DNA from: the human T2T-CHM13v2.0 reference genome, Homo sapiens | NCBI GenBank assembly: GCA_009914755.4 | Contig: CP068257.2 | Span: 33,184,001 to 33,248,000 of the forward strand | Reading direction: 5' to 3' | Length of the DNA: 64,000 nt | Shown: one piece after another, positions 14,801 to 29,420 of the stretch | Position numbering within the stretch: position 1 is the first letter of the stretch | Layout: each line of letters starts with the position of its first letter | Made by a program: the position numbers and the translations under genes | The notes under the pieces: model-generated | The model's input: only the letters and a program-made list of their open reading frames with translations | Database searches by the model: none | What the model was told of the DNA's origin: nothing

Positions 14801-17599
14801 CAGTTTTGACTTGCTGTCCCAGGAGCAAGGAAAAATCCTTCCTCAACGACTCATGCACCCCTTTCTCTGCAGCTCTGGGCTAGGTTCGTGGGGGTCCTGG
14901 GAAGGAGAGAGCGTTCCTGCCCACCTGGAAGTCTCCTTCCAACTTGTTGATCTCAGAACCCTGATGTGCTCTGGGGAGAAGAGTGTGTAGCGGGTGGGGG
15001 CACGCTCAGGGTTGCCTGCCTGGATGGCATCTCGGTGGTGGTGGTTGAGTTTTTACTGTCTTACAGCACAGATGGTGGAAAATCATAGCCATGACAGTTG
15101 GTGAAGCGTCACTCAAACATGCAGCCTATCTGGTAACAGCAGAAGGCAATGTGTGGGGAAATGCCAAAGTGACAGAGACCAACAGATCAGTCAGGAGTCG
15201 GGAAGGGAGTCAGTCTGGGCCTCAGTGAGGACAAAGATGTTCTGGAGGAGATGGGGCAGGTGAGGTGCCCTGAAGAATGGCAGGATTCGGGGATGTGGTG
15301 GGGAGGAGAGGAAGGAACTTTCTGGGTAGGCATCCAGCATGGACCAAAGCTTGTGGGCAGGACTGGTCATGGGTGTTCAGAGATCAAGCAGGAAGATCTG
15401 CAGCATTCACCCACCTCAGTGTCCAGCCTCCCTCCTGTTCGTTGGCTTGACTTTTTGGTCATTTCAGAGCAAGAATGAGCTTCGGAAGAATGGAGCACCT
15501 TGTGGCCCAGAACAAGGCAGGGAGGCATGGCTAGAGAAGGAGACAGGAAACTGGTGGTTCCATGGTCTCCATAGGTATCAGGCCTCCCTGGCATCAGCTG
15601 ACCTGAAATAGCAACACCTGCTTCTTCGGCCACTTTCCTCCAAAGGTGACATATTCAGACAGGTTCTACCAGGAGTGCAGGGCTAAGGGAACCTATGCAG
15701 TGCAGTCCCTGGACTCTCTGAAGGCCAAAGTATCAACAGTGAGCACATTGGGTCTTCACACGTCACTCAAGGTCACATAGAGGGGATTCAAACTCAGGCT
15801 GGAGTGTAGCCAGAAGTCCAGGTTGCCTATGCTCATTGCTATTCACCGTCTGTCACTCTGCTGCCTCTGAAAAGTTGTCCTTTTGTTTCTCTGGGATTGT
15901 CAACTGATGTACATACAGAGATACAAGGGTGGCTGAGCTACAAATGATTTATACTACAAGAAACAGACTGGCGCAACCTCATCTCTGGTAAGTCCTCAGT
16001 CTCAAATGAAATAAACAGCATATGGATTTTCCCTGTTGTGTCGCTGAGGCCAAATTAGGAGTCAGCAATGGGGCTTAGTGCTTAAATAAGTTGTGTATGG
16101 ATGAGAAGGATAGGGCTGCCCATTCCTTGTTTGAGTGACTGCTGGCACCTAAATGCCTCCCGGCTCAGGTAAGAGCCTACCTGATCACAAACAGAGCTGG
16201 GAGATTTGTCGAGTTACTCAAGCCCCCAAGACATGGCCACTACATGTGTGAGATTTTCTTAGCTCTTCTACACAGGCTCCTTACTGTTGGCTCTCGCAGT
16301 AAAGAGTGGTTTTTGATAACTCTGGGAAGCTCTTTTCCTGACTCCTACCCTATGGGCCTCCACGTCGTGTGGTCCTGCAATAGAAAGTCATTTCAGGGTG
16401 GCTTTGACTAAGTAATGATCCTTCAGAGCGATCATCACCCTTGAGGGGTGCCAGCCTGTACCCAGAAGTACTCCTGCCCGGGGCCGCCTCATGTCAGGGC
16501 CTCTTGAGAACTGGATTTGCAAAGTGTCTGCAGACGTAAGTCCTGGTGGCCTGCTCTGTCTGCTCTGATCACAGGGGACAGGAAGGCTGAACCAGGACAG
16601 AACAGTTTGCGGTTTCATCAATGAATAATATGGAGCTGGGGACAAAGTCCCCTCTACTTTCTGCGGCTGTCACTGAAATGTCAGCAGTGGAGGGAAAACC
16701 AGAAGAGAAAACCTCTCACTGACAGGCGCCCTCAGTGTGCAAAGAGCTCAAGTTTCAGTGCTGGGGTGGGGTGGGGGCTGCGCCCCTGCCTATTCACCCC
16801 ACTCCTCCCCTGGGCTGCTCCACTCCCATGATGACTGGGAATTTATCCTACAACAGGCCACGAGCTCCTTGTTCTGCAGTAGGAAATTATCCTTCATAAG
16901 AGGGCAACCGTTAGTATTGTTTGTTTGTTTTTTAATTTCCAAAAGTAAGGAGAAGTTTATTAAATAAGAGCGGGGGAAGGGAGGAGGGAGAAGGAGAGGG
17001 AAAGGGCCCGAGAGGCAGCTGACCCCAGCATTTCCCGTCTCCCCTTGGCTTCTCCCATCCCCCTTGTCCCAGACCCCCCTCCTTCTGGTTCTGAATGTGA
17101 AAAATAAGCAGCCTGCACCTCCTCGACTGGAGATGTGTCTAACAAGGCCCTCATTGTCTCAGACAGGTGTGAGATTGGACTTGATTCGGGGCCAACACCT
17201 CCAGTACCGGAGCCAGCTCTGTGAGCCGAAAACATGCACCAGCCCTCCAGTAATACCACTGCAGCCAGCCAGAGACTCAACAATTTAAGGCTTAACACAC
17301 ACAACATAAATCAGAGGAGGATGGACCAGCCGACCGGCAGCTTCTTGGGCAGATGCCTGCAGACTGTCTGCAGATCATACCCTGCCTGTTTGGGTTATTT
17401 GAGACTCTTTTTCTGTAATATAAAGATGAGAAACTGGGTGGAGCAGCGTGCAGAGGCACACGGGTGTTTGTCCTGTCTTGTTCCAACAGCCCCTCTTTCG
17501 CCTAAGTGCTGTTTTGAAGGGACTGCTCAGGACGGTTCACATTGCTACATCCAAATCCTAGGAATGTGTCCAAGCTGGGGAGGAGGGGAAAGGAAAGCT

Positions 17600-17730
17600 G
17601 AGCGCTCTGATATGGGCGGTATCTGTGTGACCCTGGGCAAGTCTCTTAACCTCTCTGGGCTCATCCATCTAACGAGGGGTCTAGTTTTCTGCGATTCACT
17701 CATCTCTAATGCTCAGAAGTTCAAAGTCAC
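17600..17730 (+). mobile_element. MIR-like fragment
   Basis: ...gtgaccctgggcaagtctcttaacctctctgggctcatccatcta... matches the MIR core. Weak call. Confidence 0.4.
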
Positions 17731-18790
17731 TGTAAGAAGTGCCCAAGTCAGAGGAGGTCATTACACTTGGGAGGAAACTCACAGCACCATTGAATGCTGT
17801 TTCTGAGTGGATCCATGTCTTTGAGCAAGAAAAGTCTCTCCTCCTCATACCTGTTCTTTAGAAACTTGTGGTTCTCAGACTGCTGAGGCAAGCCCAGAGC
17901 TCGAGCCCCCGGGAGTGTGGTCATGACATGGCAAGAGCCACACGCTATGGGAGGCGAAGATGGAGATGACAGGTCTGCACTGCTAGTTACTGCCATGCTC
18001 CAGTCCCTCTTCCTAATCAATTCTTAGATAAGTTTCATTGAGGAGGGAGGATTACCAAGTCACCAAGTCTTAGTGAAGGGAGGGGGCCCAGAAGCCACCC
18101 GTCAATGCGGGAGCCCCCACTCTGGTGCCTCTGAAAGAAGGGCATTTGGTCTCTGCAAATTCCTGTGACATTCCAGGGTAGCTTTTGGCCCTGCCATTCG
18201 TCACCCTGACCCTGAATTCATGGACAAGGACGTGGCCGTCACAGGGATGCCTTCATCTGGTCCCAGCTCTCTCCCTCTCATAGCCGTGTACTCTGTTGGG
18301 AGCAATTGGCATGAAGTTTGGCAGTGGCATCCTGAACCGGGATGACAGGACCATCAGTCAGCACCAGCCTCCCGCCCCTCCTGGCCTCGGCCTGCCAAAG
18401 CCTCGTATTCCCACAGCTGTGGCTCCAGCCTCTGCCCTGTCACACTCGCACACCTGTTTGCCATCCTGCTTCTGGCCCGCCAGCCCAAGCCACAGCCCCC
18501 AAGCAGGCTTAAAGGGCCGGGCTTGTGGGAGGAATCGGCACAGGATGGTATTTACTCAAAATCACACAGGACGGTGAAACTTGGTTAAAAGAAATCCTTT
18601 TGTAGCTGCTTCATTAAAAACACCAAAGAGGCTGACCATTCACATTTGTTGAATGCATCCAATTCATGCAAGTAATGGGACAGGTCAGGGTTCACCCTTG
18701 CCTGCTACCCACGTGGGCTTTGTGCTCAGGAAGTGACCTGTCGGTCTCCTGTAGCTGGTTGTCCCCAACAGGGAGCAGGGCTGGGGTGCC

Positions 18791-18955
18791 GGGTGGGGCT
18801 GCGGAGGGTGGGCATGGCTTTGAGGAGGATATCCCTTCCTTGCTGGGTGGGGCTGAGTAGAATGGGCGTGGCTTTGAGGAGGATTTCCCTTCCTTGCTGA
18901 GTGGGGCTGAGGAGGGTAGGTGTGGCTTTGAGGAGGACTTCCCTTCCTTGCATGC
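18791..18955. repeat. Minisatellite, 54-bp unit x3
   Basis: Unit ~gggtggggctg.gga.g.tgggc.tggctttgaggaggat.tcccttccttgct, repeated with period 54 (18791, 18845, 18899). Lies immediately 5' of an Alu. Confidence 0.8.
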
Positions 18956-18974
18956 TTTAAGAATCCCTCCTCCA

Positions 18975-19262
18975 GCCAGGCATGGTGGCTCATGCCTGTA
19001 ATCTCAGCACTTTGGGAGGCCGAGGCGGGCGGATCACCTGTGGTCAGGAGTTCGAGACGAGCCTGGCCAACATGCTGAAACCCCATCTGTACTAAAAATA
19101 CAAATATATATATTAGCTGGGGGTGGTGGCAGACTCTGTAATCCCGACTCTGTAATCCCGGCTACTCGGGAGGCTGAGGCAGGAGAATCCCCTGAACCCG
19201 GGAGGTAGAGGTTGCAGTGAGCCTGGGTGACAAGAGTGAAACACCGTCTCAAAAAAAAAAAA
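18975..19262 (+). mobile_element. Alu SINE with poly-A tail
   Basis: Starts gccaggcatggtggctcatgcctgtaatctcagcactttgggaggccgaggcgggcggatcacc and ends in poly-A at 19262. Contains an internal 13-bp duplication (ctctgtaatcccg x2). Confidence 0.95.
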
Positions 19263-19896
19263 GCATCACTCCTCCTTAGCACGAATTCAACCTTTTAAAA
19301 ATGGAGACTCAGAAGCAGCACATGATACTGAACCCAACCATGGGACCTAGCATCTCCCTGAGATGGTGTATTTCCAGAAAAAGGCAGTGTGACGTACAGC
19401 ATGGTTCAGTGCCCAAGTGAATGATCCACACCAACCCTAGAGACTGTTCTGAGGCTACCTCTGAGGCAGACCCGAACCAGCCAATGGGAAGAGCACTGGG
19501 CCAGGAGCCAGAAAACCTGGATGTTAGGTCTGCCTCTAGTTCGGAAAATCACTGAAACTCCCTGGGCCTCGAGTGTCTCATGAGTAAAATATAGGGCTTT
19601 GAGCAAAGAAGTTTAAGGTCCTTTCAACTTTAACAGTTTACCATTTGGTCTTGTGGAACAGTGGTTATGGGAAGGTCTCCTGTTTGGGTTTATCCAAGGA
19701 AACAAAACTCAAATGAAAATACCACTAAAACCACCAATACCTTTATCCACTCTGGGGCTCCCGAGGAATAAGGAGACACCGGGGGAATTATCGCAGAGTA
19801 GCTGTGTGACTTGGAGAGGACCGATGGGTACAACTAACTGGTGATACAACAATGCCGCCAATAAGAGCACATAAATAGCAATAATAGTGAAAAAGA

Positions 19897-20110
19897 ATAA
19901 CATTGACCATTTATTAAGTATTGAAAGTGTACCGGGATCCATGCTAAATATTTGATAAAAATATATCTCAAAGACTTTGTGAAGGATTAATAAATACACA
20001 CAATGCTTCCCATGTGCTGTGCATCAAGTGATTTCTGCAGGCTAACTCATTTAATCCTCACAATTGTCCCATGTGTTAGGAACTATTATTGTTACGACGG
20101 TTTGCAGAGG
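19897..20110 (-). mobile_element. MIR SINE fragment overlapping the exon 7A 3' UTR
   Basis: ...ccatttattaagtattgaaagtgtacc...ctcatttaatcctcacaattgtcccatgtgttaggaactattattgtt resembles the reverse-complemented MIR consensus (catttattgagcacctactatgtgccagg...tcatttaatcctcacaacaaccc). Confidence 0.45.
19910..19915 (-). promoter_or_regulatory. RUNX1: Candidate poly-A signal AATAAA for exon 7A
   Basis: Plus-strand tttatt is AATAAA on the minus strand. It is followed on the minus strand by a CA and the U-rich ttattctttttcactattattg. Usage not verifiable from sequence. Confidence 0.45.
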
Positions 20111-20273
20111 GGGAGAAGGGACACGGAGGAATTACAGACCCACATTCTGCCTTCCTCATAACGTGCATTCTGAGGGCTGCCATCTTTCTTCTGAGTCTCT
20201 TCTGAGGATGAGATGGAAAAGATAGCTCTATCCTGGCTGGGGAGAGGGATGGACAGAAGAACTGACTTCTGCC

Positions 20274-20302
20274 TTAACATCTCCAGGGTGCTGTGTCTTC
20301 CT
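20274..20302 (-). CDS. RUNX1: Coding portion of RUNX1 exon 7A (EEDTAPWRC + stop; the first codon is split with the previous exon)
   Basis: In-frame continuation from the phase-1 end of the 192-bp exon. TAA stop at 20274-20276 (minus strand). Confidence 0.8.
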
Positions 20303-21958
20303 CTGAGGGAGCCATGTGTGACCAGGGAGAAAGTTCGAAAATAAGGACAATTCTTTATAGAGCCGCGAATGCATTCCCCTCCCCTACCCCAAGGCGTGAA
20401 AGAATCAAATGAGGAAATCAGGAAGAGATTCTGGAATAGGAATAACAAGATTTCCCTTCCCTTCCACTGAATTGGCCATCAGTAATTTTGCACAAATTCA
20501 ATTTTGAAGTCATGCTTCGTAATTTGTGGTAAATCATATTAAATTAAACAGATCCATGTCTGGGCAACGGCTTCTCTCATTTAGGAACATATGGTGGCTC
20601 AGAGCCTCTCACACAGCAGAACTATAAAGGCTCCTTCCAAATAAGCAGCAGAGTGAGGGGCTCTGGGGCAACCCTACTGGTTTTCCTGAGAATGTTAGTT
20701 AGGGGTGACCATTAATTCACGGGAACTGCAGTATCCAGAATGACAGAATGTTAGTGTTGAAGACAACCTGGTTAATCACTTACATGATAGATGAGGGACT
20801 GGGACTTGGTGGTAAAGGAAACAGTGCTGGGTCACGTGAAAACAAAGCAGACACCACAGGCAGGACCTTCCGGGCAATGCTTCCCCCTAACCATGTCATG
20901 CACCTACAGGTGACTGGTGGTGGGGATTCAATGAACCAGCAACATTGGTCTGTTCTATAAATACGAGCTATCATTATTTTATTACTCCCTTCAGTAAACA
21001 TGTGAACCAGGCAATGTCCTTGTCATAATCTTGCTGTCATAACTGCTCTGTGATAACCCAGGTATAGACACAATCACAAACAAAGGCTATCATTTTAAAA
21101 CGGGGAAGTGGGTGAGTCTCATGCTTCAAAAGCTTCTGCATTCATCTTTAAGATACCAGCCTTGTTGGACGACCAACAGAAGCGCATCTTAAAACTCAGG
21201 CAGTTATGGCTGTTCCACATAGCGGGTGATTTACAACAAAGTATAGATGAAGATTAACCGGCCTTGAGATGAGAGAGCTAAATAAACCACTTAGTGGGCA
21301 GAAAGGCCAAGTCGAGCCCTTGAGCTTGTGCTGACTTTTACAGATATTTTAATAACTTTATCATTATATAATTTGCTATCTGATATGTGCGGAGAGATGC
21401 ACTAATGGAGTGAGAGTGGCCACAACAGTGTTATAATCCCGCGAGACTTAATCAAACCACCATGTTCGTGTCCCTCATGTGACCTGCAACTCCAGGAAGT
21501 GCAATCCCTAGTCACATTATTTCTTCCTCCCTTTTTATCTTGAGATGTTCTTTAAAAAAATCCCAAAGCAACTGGACATATGTAGTCCTTCCAGTGATAT
21601 AAAGAGGAACTGGCACAGCATAAGCTCTCTGGGTCTTGGATCTGGCTTTAGAATGACTCAGGTTGAACACATAAAGCCGTAAGGTAAAGAGGACATCATC
21701 CATAGCAGGAACTGGCAATTTACAGGGCTGGGAGACTTAACCGTCCCAGACGGGTGAGCTCCTGATACTCAAGTTAGCGCTGACTCAGCGAGGGCCTTGA
21801 GGCTTGACTCACAGATCTTCCCTAGGGATGCTTTGCTTTTATGACATCAACTGAAGGATCCTGCAGTGTCCTCCATACTTCCAGGAGGATTGAGCTGGAC
21901 ATTATAGTGGCCCAAGTCTTATTAAACGGAACTGATGATGTTGACTTACGGAGGCTAA

Positions 21959-22384
<426 letters not shown>

Positions 22385-24269
22385 TGACATGAGACACACA
22401 GGTCAGAATCGCCATCTCCTCTTCCCTCTGCCCATACTGATTCCCTCCAGGAAAGAAAGTAGGGAATTTCATCTTTAAGAACAAGAATCCCCTTCCAAAA
22501 AGGTTAATTCCCATAACAGGATCTACGGAGATCAGAATTGGAAGACACTTTTCAAAATCTTGAAACCCTATTGAGAAAGTTCTAAACCCTAAAAATGACC
22601 CTAAGGTTGTATGGAATAATGATGGTGCCCAGGATTGTGGCATCCTGTGTCTGGAGGCAGTGGCTGTCTTTTCTGCCCAATCTTTCCTATCCATGATTCA
22701 GTCAACATTTAGTCAAACATTCAGTCAAGCATTTAGTGCCATTGTTCTATTTTTTCTTAAAACAGAAAATAGTCTATTCCATGCCATTTAGGGGAGCGTG
22801 AACTGGCTAAAACTCAACCTGAAGACTTTCCATAGCTTGCTAATCAGAAATCACCTGAATTAGAGGTGGTACATTCTTCCCCTATCAATTCTCAGGAGTG
22901 CAAAGAGAGACAAAAAATAAACATGGTTGGCCAATGTTTGTTTTTAGGGTGAGTTCTATACTATTTTTCTATTATTATTTTGCTTTATTTACTGTGGTTG
23001 GTAACTGAATCTCTAACATCAAAACATGAGATGTTCTGCCAGAAAGAGATTACAGAAGAAAAGCCTATGAAAAGAAACTGGGTTTGTCAGTGAAGATTTT
23101 ATTTACAGGAGTTTTGCAATCGGTATCTTTAATCTCCATAACAATTGGGCTATTCTACTGCTTTGAAGGCAATTGTTCAATAATGAGAAGGTCCCTGTGA
23201 GGCTAAGGCTTGGAAGGAAGAATGTAACAGGGCTGGTGACAATTGAGGCAGGTGAAACCCTCTGCCTCTGTCAATTTCCCCTAAAGGTCAGGGTGGGGTG
23301 TTCTGAGGGCCAGAGAGAAATAAGCAAAGACACAGGTAATGAAAGTCCCTCCGCATCATTTAAATCACAAATACTGGATTTTAAAGAGCCCTAAAATAAC
23401 TGAATTCGAGTGGGCCTGAATTTCTGTTCCATAAGGCAAGGAAAAATCATGTAGATGAGTAAAACCAACTCAGTCTGGAGAACTATGCCTAATAAGAAAA
23501 CCCAAGCAGTAGCTTTCTAAGTAGAGCTGTTTTTCATATTAGCATATATTGTTTGTTCTTCTCTCAATACAAACTTGTGGTAAACTTTGATACTACTTCA
23601 TGACTACAGTAAAAGTTTCTTTTTTAAATGTCCAAATTTGAAAGACTATCTTCAGGCGATTTGTAAATCACCATCCTTTAGAAATGGGTGTGTAGTCAAC
23701 AATGCCTGGCAATCAAGTCACTTTTTTAAAAGGCAGCTTGCTTCAAAACAACAGTGACATGCCTGGCTTTGGGAGGTCAAATTCTTGAGTCCATCCCAAC
23801 TGTCTGGCTTTGGTCATCATGTCATCTTTTGTTCCCATTTTTCTGTTCCTACCATCTAAGCTGTCATGAGCTTTTGGAGGCTAGGACAAGAGGCACCTGG
23901 GCCTCCTGTTTCCCCATCTGGCACTGCTCCCGGGACACAGGGAAGAGAGCTCTTTCTCTATCACTGTCAGGACCTCTGATTCCATCGGTATAGGTGCTCT
24001 AGAAAATATTAAGGAAATATCTGATCTCATCTAAAAAAAATCATACATTTTTCTGGCTGGGAAATAAAAATACTATGATGTTGCGTTCAAACAAATGATG
24101 GACTGAGGTTATAGTAACACGATTGGGGCATTTGTGCATGAGATGTTCAGTTCACATTTACCTGTCTACCATGTTTGTTCTGGGGGATGGACTTGGGAGA
24201 GTTATCTCTGGACTCACCTGCTGTGCCTGGTCAATGGTCTGATGTCCCCTGTCTTTTGTACAAAGATAC

Positions 24270-24698
24270 AGCAGTTTGAACGGTGGCTCCAGAACCATTT
24301 CCTCACCCCCAGAACTGTGAATGTGACCTTATTTGGAAAAGGGCCTTTGAAGCTATAATTAAGTGAAGGATTTTGAGTTCATCATGAATTACCTGGGTGG
24401 GTCTAAATATAGTAACATGTATCCTTAGACAAAAGAGATGACACAAAGGAGGCCATATAAAGAGGGAAGAAGAAGTTGGAATGATACAGTCTGATACAGT
24501 CACAAGCCAAGGAATGCCACCAGTGGCTGGAAGAGATAAGGAAGTATCCTCCCCTAGAGGCTTCAGAGAATGTATGGTCTTGCCAACACTTTGATTTTGG
24601 ACTTCTGGCCTCCAGAACTAAGAGAGAATACATTTCTGTTGTTTTAAGCCACCAAGTTTGTGGTTATTTGTTAAAACAGCCACAGGAAACTAATATAC
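24270..24698 (+). mobile_element. MaLR LTR (MLT1-like), solo or truncated
   Basis: ...ccagaactgtgaatgtgaccttatttggaaaagggcctttgaag...gattttggacttctggcctccagaactaagagagaatacatttctgttgttttaagccaccaagtttgtggttatttgttaaaacagccacaggaaactaatatac matches the MLT1 3' half and terminus. Confidence 0.7.
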
Positions 24699-24701
24699 TT
24701 G

Positions 24702-27516
<2,815 letters not shown>

Positions 27517-27589
27517 ACTTGATATTATTGATGTTGATCATAACAGCTAACAGTTTTTGAGTGTTAACCATGGGCTGGCTCTAATGTCC

Positions 27590-27790
27590 ACTGCTTTATG
27601 TTTCACAGTGGTCCTAGGATCTGCTAGTATAATTATTACTCGTCTTTTGCAGATAAGAAAACTAAGGCTTTAAAAGGTTAAGTAACTTGCCAAAAGTCCT
27701 ATAGTGAATGTGGTAGAAACTAAGGTAGTCTGCCTGTTGAGCCCTCATTCTTTCTTAGCCACTATGATCTGCTATCTTTCTTGGCTATTA
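27590..27790 (-). mobile_element. MIR fragment
   Basis: ...gcagataagaaaactaaggctttaaaaggttaagtaacttgccaaaagtcctatagtg... matches the reverse-complemented MIR (cagatgaggaaactgaggctcagagaggttaagtaacttgcccaaggtcacacagc). Confidence 0.45.
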
Positions 27791-29214
27791 GATTCCCAGC
27801 TCAAGCCTTCTGATATGTAGCCATCAATATCAAATACATGCTCCAACTACAACTTTGCTGAAACTATTAATCTTCCAAATGAAACCTTTTAGTGCATGGG
27901 TGTGCTGGCCTACATATTTACAAGCATAAGGGGAAAGTTCAGAACATATGCAGTCTACAGAAGAAATATTTCATCACTAAGATCAAGCCCTGCAGTGAAT
28001 CTCTGCAGTCATCCCACTGGTTTTCATTTCTTCTCTCTCTCTCCCTTCTTTCCTTTAATTATTTTTATTTATTCCTGTGAACACCTGATTCAGGCTTGTT
28101 GTCGGGGTAAGATTATAATGCTATAGACCTGGAAAGGCTCTCATACCCTACTACACCTTGTTAAAAGCTATTTTTAAATGAAATCATTCACCTGTCATGT
28201 TTATAGCCTATTATATAAATTAATTTCTCACATTCTGAATATGTTACTTTGTGTAACCATTAAATGACCATTTATAGATTCACATATGAGGATTTCTGGT
28301 GTTTGATTGTAGCCTCCACTTTCAAGGTAATCAAATAGTCCCTACTCCCTTTGTTTTCAAACTTCAAATTGCTAGAAGAGTAAGGAAGAGAGGGAAGGAG
28401 AGGGAGAGAGAAAGGAAAGCAATGCAATGCAGTTGGATATTTTACCTCCAAGGCTGGAAAGAGGATTTATCTCCTTCTCCTACAGGAAGGTGGAAAGGTT
28501 TTCTTCCTTTTGTCTATCCAGATGATAAAGAGAGAATCAGACGGACTTAAATAACTCTATACAACTGAGAAACAGGGTCATTTCAGTATCTCAGAGTTTT
28601 GCAGACAGCAGCACCAGAATATAGTCCTTCCTAAGTAACTTTAATTTTGGGGGAAAATAATTAGCAAGACAGAAGTTACTTGGAATACTAAAAATCAAGA
28701 GATGATTTGAGAGGTCAGGGACCCCTCTTGGCCATATGGAACACTCAAAGTGAGGCACGCATACTCATAAAAGTGGATTAGATGTTGACTGGGTTTGGAT
28801 GATAAGCACTTGGTCCCAATGAACTTCAAAAGTAGGAAGGCAATGGCCCCAATAAAGTAAACAGAGTGGCTGGTAAGCCTTCTCCCTGCTCATATACCCC
28901 CTCTTTCACTCTTATTTAGAGATTCATTATTCTGAGTTTTCTTTTCTCCCAAACTTTATAAACAAATGCACATGTACCAAAGGAGACAGTTTATTAAGGT
29001 GCCCACCACACAGCCTGGCCCCAAAATTCTTCTTATTATCAACATCTAATTATAATAGAACATGTTCAATATAAGAATGCCAAGTGAGTGGATAGCCCAA
29101 CACTTTTTCCATCCCTCCTTTGGTGATTGGGATTCTTCTCGACACTGGTCAGCCCTGTAGTAAATCGATCCTTGACCCAAGAGTGCACGCCCAGGGAACG
29201 GCCATCCCACTTGC

Positions 29215-29420
29215 ACTGGCTTTGTAGCAAGGAAGGTCTGGGTTTGCGTCCAAGTTCATCACTTACAATCTTTGAGATACTGGGCAATTTTTAACCTCTG
29301 AATTTCGATTTCTCTGTCTATAAATGATACCACAGGATTGTTGAGGGAATGGAATAATATGTACAAATGTCTGACCCACGTCAAAATAGCTCACAACTGG
29401 TCCAGTTAAAGAGTTAAATC
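29215..29420 (+). mobile_element. MIR-like fragment
   Basis: ...tactgggcaatttttaacctctgaatttcgatttctctgtctataaatgataccacaggattgttgagggaatggaataatatgtacaaatg... resembles the MIR core and 3' region. Weak call. Confidence 0.35.

Larger units (their letters stand above)
19895..20302 (-). other. RUNX1: RUNX1 alternative terminal exon 7A (RUNX1a/AML1a-specific). 5' end exact at the splice acceptor. 3' end is a predicted poly-A site and is approximate.
   Basis: Minus strand: ...ctggtcacacatggctccctcag|AGGAAGACACAGCACCCTGGAGATGTTAA... The acceptor follows a pyrimidine-rich stretch. Joined to the exon-6 terminal G it reads GAG GAA GAC ACA GCA CCC TGG AGA TGT TAA = EEDTAPWRC*, matching the remembered RUNX1a C-terminus. 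AATAAA is on the minus strand at 19910-19915, with a U-rich downstream element. Distance from the 192-bp exon is ~12.7 kb. Confidence 0.75.

Noticed and set aside
17234-17806. 190-aa plus-strand ORF, the longest non-repeat ORF in the track
   Set aside because: It lies in a human intron with no splice-consistent structure. It has no recognisable domain and eukaryotic-intron codon statistics. Prokaryote-style ORF calling is not applicable to Alu-bearing primate DNA.
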